This document shows positions 24,450 to 30,295 of a stretch of 30,295 nt of DNA, piece after piece (the stretch's first letter is position 1; the number at the start of each line of letters is the position of its first letter). Below the pieces are notes generated by a model. It ran no database searches and had not been told where the DNA came from. It was given only the letters and a program-made list of their open reading frames with translations. The stretch is from Trichoplax sp. H2 (Eukaryota). Location of the stretch: the NCBI GenBank assembly GCA_003344405.1, contig NOWV01000247.1, positions 62,001 through 92,295 of the forward strand, written 5' to 3'. The translations under genes were made by a program, and so were the position numbers.

Positions 24450-25620
24450 CAATTTAAATCATATCAGTACGCAAAGATTTATAGTAGAGAGAAGAATGAT
24501 ATAAAGTTGGCTTGAATTAAATCAGTTCAAGATCCGTATTATTCGATTTTAAGCATTCATCCATCTCCATTGCTTAACAAAAGCCGATATGTAATTAACG
24601 AGACTTGTATAATTCGATTCTAAGCCTCACCAATCTCTGATGGTCTACGAAACATTTAATATGACTCAAATTGTTTCATTTTAAGATTTTATCAATCTCG
24701 AATGATTCATAAAAGCCGATATATACGGTATATGATAAATCATGGTAGTTGTAATATTGGCTTGAAATAATCAAGGTAAGATTCATATTATTCGATTCAT
24801 AGCTATACCTATCATTGGTCAATGAAAGCCGATACAAATCTATAATGGATTTATATTTTTGAATAATACCCTAATATTGATTACTTAAAAATGGATCTAA
24901 CATTTTAAATAATGCTGGTATACCACCAATCGTACTAGAGCGAAAAGAAGGTAATGTTAGCTTAAAATAATCAATGCAAGATTCATATTATTCGACTCAT
25001 AGCGTTGACCAATCTGTAATAGTTAACGGAAGCTTCTTTAGATGCTGAATTGATAATTTAGTAAATTACTTTAATATAAATTATTTCAATTCTGTTTAAC
25101 ATTTCAAACAGACTGCAATACGATAAATCACAGTAGAGTAAAAAAGAATGTACTATCAGCTCGAAATAATCAATGCACGACTTATGCTATTCGATTCATA
25201 GCGTTCATCAATCTATAACGGTTAACGAAAGCTTCTGTAAATGCTGCAGTTATAATTTAGTCAATTGTCGTAATGGAAATTATCAATTATGTCTAACATT
25301 TTAAATGGATGAGAATATAATAAATTATGGTATAGCGAAAAGACTGTTATATCTCGAATTAATTAATACAAGATTCATATTAAGTAATTATTCAATACAA
25401 GGCGTTTACCAATCTCTCATGGCTAACCAAAGCTGATATTAATTTATGGAAAATTTGCGAAATCAATCGAATTCTGGAGATAAAAATATGCAGTATAAAT
25501 CAATGTAATATTGATTACTATGTTTAAATTGGGTCTGACTCTATCATGAATCGTAGTAGAGCGAAGAATCATGCTATATTGGATTGATATAATCAGTTTC
25601 TAATCCATATGACGCAATTT
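24450..25620. repeat. ~190-200 bp decayed tandem array
   Basis: aataatcaa...aagattcatattattcgattcatagc...aaagccgata recurs near 24530, 24766, 24966, 25165 and 25365. Confidence 0.8.
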
Positions 25621-26439
25621 TAATTATTAATATAGCAAGGGACTACAAAAAAATATCCACAGTAGTTTCTGTTCTATTATAATGATTAAAGATGCATGTA
25701 ATATAAGAGAAAATGGACAAATTAGCTTTGCATACCTAGATTTAATTCTATAATATGAGAAGTAAAAGTTCACATCTATACTGTAGATAGTGTTGATTGC
25801 GCAGAAAAAGGGAAGAGCTTGAGCAGAAGAAATTTCATAAGGCTATCGCGCACTATAGGTATTATCACTAAAAAATATTCCATGGGGTTAACTTCAAACA
25901 AATAATCCATGCTTCAGCAATCAATGATTTGTATCAGTTGGACTTTGCTCTGTGTATTTATTAATATAAATAAAGTATGTCATTAAATTATCTAATAAGA
26001 TGAATGTGTATATAGCAACAGCGGTAGGCTGTTCTCTCATTAGCATTAGCTTATGCCAACTTTTATGCTACCTTGGCGTCTAATGTAACTCAATAACTAC
26101 CTCTAGACAGGTAGATATTTCTTAGTTTAATATCATCAATTAAAAGACCAATAGAGACAAGGGTAAAAATTAAAGATTAGTCTAGGTTTTACCTTGAAAA
26201 ATGGTATAAGACTATGCAACACCATTGGAGAAAGTGATTGAGCAGACCTTGTATTTACTTTAAGCCGATTGATATTAAAGGTTATTACTCTAAATGTTGT
26301 ATCACTGCTACTATGACCTTGCAATATAGAATGAAACATGTACAACCTTTAAGATCGAGTCTTAAAATGGGAATGGAAGAATGCTTAATATTGCTTATGC
26401 ATTATCTATCTAATAAACAGGAAATGCAGTACCTATTTG

Positions 26440-27260
26440 GCCGTCAATTGGTTTTAATTAAAATGATTAGCTATTCCTTAATCTCTTGACCAACTATCCC
26501 ATTTTTGCCAATTTGTAGCTTTGAATTACTAGCATTGCATGATCATGTATGATGATGGATGTTGAAAAGATTAGTTGTTTCTTTCAATTTGTAGTGTTAA
26601 CCTGGAAATCTTGCTTATTTCATGAATCTCGATGGATATTGAAAAAGACTAGCTATTCTAAAGTCTCTTGGGTAACTGTTCCATTCTCGTCAATTGGTAA
26701 TGTTAACCTAAACAGCTTGCATAGTTAAAAATCTTGATGGATATTGAAGTGATTAGCAGCTCTCGAATCTCCTGACTAGCTATTCCATTCTCACAATTTT
26801 GTAATATTGACTTACTAAGGTTGTATAGTCGTCTATCTTGTAGGATATTGAAAAGATTAGCTGACTTTTAGTCGGCCCTTCATTCATCAGTTTGTAATAT
26901 ATTTACTAAGGTTGTATAGTCGTCTATCTTGTTGGATATTGAAAAGATTAGCTGTCTTTTAGTCTGCCCTTCATTCATCAGTTTGTAATATATTTACTAA
27001 GGTTGTGTAGTCGTCTATCTTGATGGATAATGAAAAGATTAGCTGTTCATTTATTCTCTTGACTAGCTGTTCTATTCCCGCTAGTTCACATTATTAACCT
27101 ACAAAGCATACATTGCCATCCATGTGGATGGATACTGCAAAGATTAGTCGCTTAGGTAAACTTTTTCCTGAATCCAATTATTGGTCAATTTTGCAATACT
27201 CACTTACAAAGGCTACTTAGGTAATCATGCATCTTGATTAAACTATTCCATTCGAGTAGG
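26440..27260. repeat. ~90-105 bp tandem array with three near-identical 91 bp units (26812-27050)
   Basis: ggatattgaaaagattagct recurs; ttactaaggttgt.tagtcgtctatcttg at 26812, 26903 and 26994. Confidence 0.9.
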
Positions 27261-27759
27261 ACTGATACGATGACTGGATATTAGGGAGGTTAGGGGTCCT
27301 CGCAGGTAATGCAAGCACCTTTTTTTATCATAGAAGTGGAGACCTTTATGACTCCAAAGGACTTATGTAGATCCAACTACCTGTATAATCACGATTTCAC
27401 ATGGCGTTCGCCAACAACTTCTTTAGAGCCTACTTACAGTGCATCATAAGATAATTTGCTATATATAAAACTGGATTATACATGCTATGAGTATAGATGG
27501 CGTTAGGTTACATCAAGTCACTGTCAGAATATAGCAGTACCATTAAAAGTATGTATCAAGGATAAATCTGCAACATTAATTTGCTGAGAATCCCTCATCG
27601 TGTATCCAGATTAACCTTTCTTCAATCCAACTATTTCGTCAATTTTGCAATATTTACTTACTAAGGCTATATAGGTAGTTTGTGTATTTCGATGAAACTA
27701 TTCTATTGGAGTAGAATAAAATCTGCAACATTAATTTACTCAAACTGCTTGATCGTATA

Positions 27760-28310
27760 ACTAGCCTAGAAGAAGGAATCTTACCCAATAACTACACAGC
27801 TCTAGAATATTTGAAAGTCTGATATAAATCGTAATATTAAAAAGTCTTTTAGTATCGTGTCCAATTTCTTTGCTAGTCTAAAATAAAAAATCTCACTTAA
27901 TGACTATCAATACAGATGTAGAACCTTCTTATCCACAAGAAGTAAAGCATAAAATAGAAAAGTCTTTTTTAATATGACAGGTAGGTCCGATTTCTTGGCT
28001 AGCCTAGAATGAAAAATTTTACGCAATGACTACCCGTAAAGCTGTAGAATATTTCGATATACTTTACTGCTAACCGTAATGTCGAAAAGTCTTTAAACAC
28101 CCTATCCAATTTCTTGGCTTCACTAGAGATGAAGAATCTCACTCGATGATTATCAATGCAGGTGTAGAACTTTTTCAAGTCAAGATACGCAGTAAATCAA
28201 GGTCTGGGAAAGTCTTTTAATAACATGAATATGTTTTAGTTTGTTGGCTTGCCTGAAATAAAGAATCTTTATTCAATGACTATCGATATAGCTATGGAAT
28301 ATATTTTGGA
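27760..28310. repeat. ~120-130 bp decayed tandem array
   Basis: aaaagtcttt...ccaatttcttggct.gc.taga...aatgacta motif repeated 4-5 times. Confidence 0.8.
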
Positions 28311-28459
28311 CGTCCAGACATGATATCGCTACTCGAGTTTTTGAATCAAGGCTTGACAGCATACTAAATATGAAAGTATCAAGTCCTTTCTTCCCAAATT
28401 GCTATTACACTTTTAAATCACGACTTAAAAAGTATACTAAGAAATCGAATATGATGCAA

Positions 28460-29085
28460 GCACCCAAGCTCTTTCTATCTTTCCTTACAGACTACTAAAT
28501 AGGACATTATAAATTGCTATGACAGTTATTTCATCAAACCTTGGAAATATACTAAGCAAAAAGCAGCAAACTTATTCTTTCTAAACTGCTAAATAGCTTA
28601 ATAACAGTAAAAGAGATTTCTTGGACTGATTCAAGCTCTAGAAATCTACCCTCCCATCTTACTTTCATTTTTTGACATTACTATTAGGTAAATGTAAAAT
28701 AAATTCATACTCTTGGTTGAACTACACAATACTTGTCGTCCTTGTGGCAAAATTGAGAAATTTATTTTAAACCCAAATAGACTATTTTATGGAAAGGTTG
28801 ACAACTTTTGCAATCTGATATGATAAAAGTACTTAAGCTCTTTCTATCTTTCCTAATAAACTACTAAATAAGGCATAGTAAATTGTTAGAACAGTTATTT
28901 AATCAAATCAAACCTTGAAAACATACGAAACATCTTACTTTCATTTCTTGACATGATTTATAAGATGAAGGCAAAATAAAGTAACACTCTTTGCTTAACA
29001 GCACAACACTTATCCTCCTTGTGGCAAGATTGAGAAATTTATTTTAAACCTAGATAGAACATTTTATGGAAAACTTGACAAGTTT
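28460..29085. repeat. Two-copy duplication with an internal deletion
   Basis: aagctctttctatctttcct at ~28466 and ~28835; ccttgtggcaa.attgagaaatttattttaaacc at ~28740 and ~29017. Confidence 0.85.
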
Positions 29086-29199
29086 AATTCAAGCATTAAT
29101 GTAAAATTGTGCTTGTAATCTATACTCGTATATTGGATAATTTTGTTCAATTCTTCCCATCATGTCTTCTGGAGTCGATACTTTTTGCGTCCAACAGCA

Positions 29200-30260
29200 A
29201 GTGAAATTCTTGCTTACATGAGTATTCAAGTATCTGGAGAAGAAACATTTCTTAATCGCCTACTTTTATTTAATGTAATGTTAAGGATAGAACTTTCCAG
29301 GACAATTCTTATTATTTTGATTGGATTAATATGACTGGGCCAATAGATAGTCAAGGAATAAGAAGGCAAAAATCCTAGGTATTTCAAGAAGAGAAGCATT
29401 TTTCAATCGCTTAACTGTATTTACTGGAATAAAAATGGTAAGGCTATAACCTTCAGCAACAGTGGTTGTCATTCGGATTGGATTAATATGTACCGGGCCA
29501 ATTTATAATTAAGGAATAAGGAGACAAAAATCTCAGTTATTTCAAGAAGAGAAGCATTTTTTAATCACTTAACTTTATTCACTGGAATAAAAATGGTCAG
29601 GCTGTAACCTTCAGCAACAGTAATTGTCATTTTGATCGGGTTAATACAAACTGGGTCAATTTATAGTTAAGGAATAAGGAGGCAAAAATCCCAGGTATTT
29701 CAAGAAGAGAAACATAACTTTACTTACTGGAATAAAAATAGTAAGGGTAGAACCTTCAGCAACAGTGATTATCATTTTGATCGGATTAATATGAACTGGG
29801 TCAATTTATAAGGAATAAGGAGGTAAAAATCCCAGGTATTTTCGAGAAAAGAAGCATAGCTTTATTTACTGGAATAAAAATAGTAAGGCTATAACCTTCA
29901 GCAACAGCAGTTGTCATTTTGATCGGATTAACACGAACTGGGTCAATTTATAGTTTAGGAATAAGGAGGCAAAAATCCCAGGTATTTCAAGAAGAGAAAC
30001 TTAACTTAATTTACTGGAATAAAAATGGTAAGGGTAGAACTTTTAGCAACAGTGATTGTCATTTTGATCGGATTAATATGGACTGGGTCAATGTATAAGG
30101 AATAAGGCGGCAAACATCCCAGGTATTTCAAGAAGAGAAGCATTCTTGAATCACTTAGCTTTATTTACTGGAACAAAAATAGTAAGGGTAGAACTTTCAG
30201 CAACAGAAGTTGTCATTTTGATTAGGTTAATATTGACTAGGTGCGTTGATAGTCTAGGAG
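29200..30260. repeat. Tandem array of about 7 units of 141-158 bp
   Basis: aggaataaggaggcaaaaatcccaggtatttcaagaagagaa at ~29353, 29511, 29669, 29810, 29956 and 30097. Confidence 0.95.
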
Positions 30261-30295
30261 AATTATGGAGATGATATCCTTCGGCATGCGGTATT

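Noticed and set aside
26136..26489. Overlapping short ORFs
   Set aside because: No recognisable domain or splice-consistent neighbouring exons
29200..30260. Regular repeats resembling a CRISPR array
   Set aside because: Whole units are homologous with no unique spacers, there are no cas genes, and the context is eukaryotic

Overview
Eukaryotic, AT-rich genomic DNA with many short GT-AG introns. The dense ACAGT/TACTG low-complexity tracts and the compact intron style suggest a placozoan (Trichoplax-like) genome; this is inference. Two complete spliced + strand genes were reconstructed by hand with consistent intron phases. The first is a 17-exon three-repeat Myb transcription factor of B-Myb/MYBL2 type (2841-9365, ~741 aa). 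The second is a 24-exon type II membrane PA14-domain beta-1,4-N-acetylgalactosaminyltransferase of B4GALNT3/4 type (13746-22823, ~690 aa). Upstream of Myb lies a compact, symmetric cluster of cell-cycle promoter motifs (CDE/CHR-like, two CCAAT boxes, E2F, MYB site). It appears twice, once on each side of an N gap, probably as two haplotypes. One Myb intron carries U12 (minor spliceosome) signatures. The long introns and the gene-free last 7.5 kb are built from several distinct decayed tandem arrays. No prokaryotic-type system, CRISPR array or intact transposon is supported.
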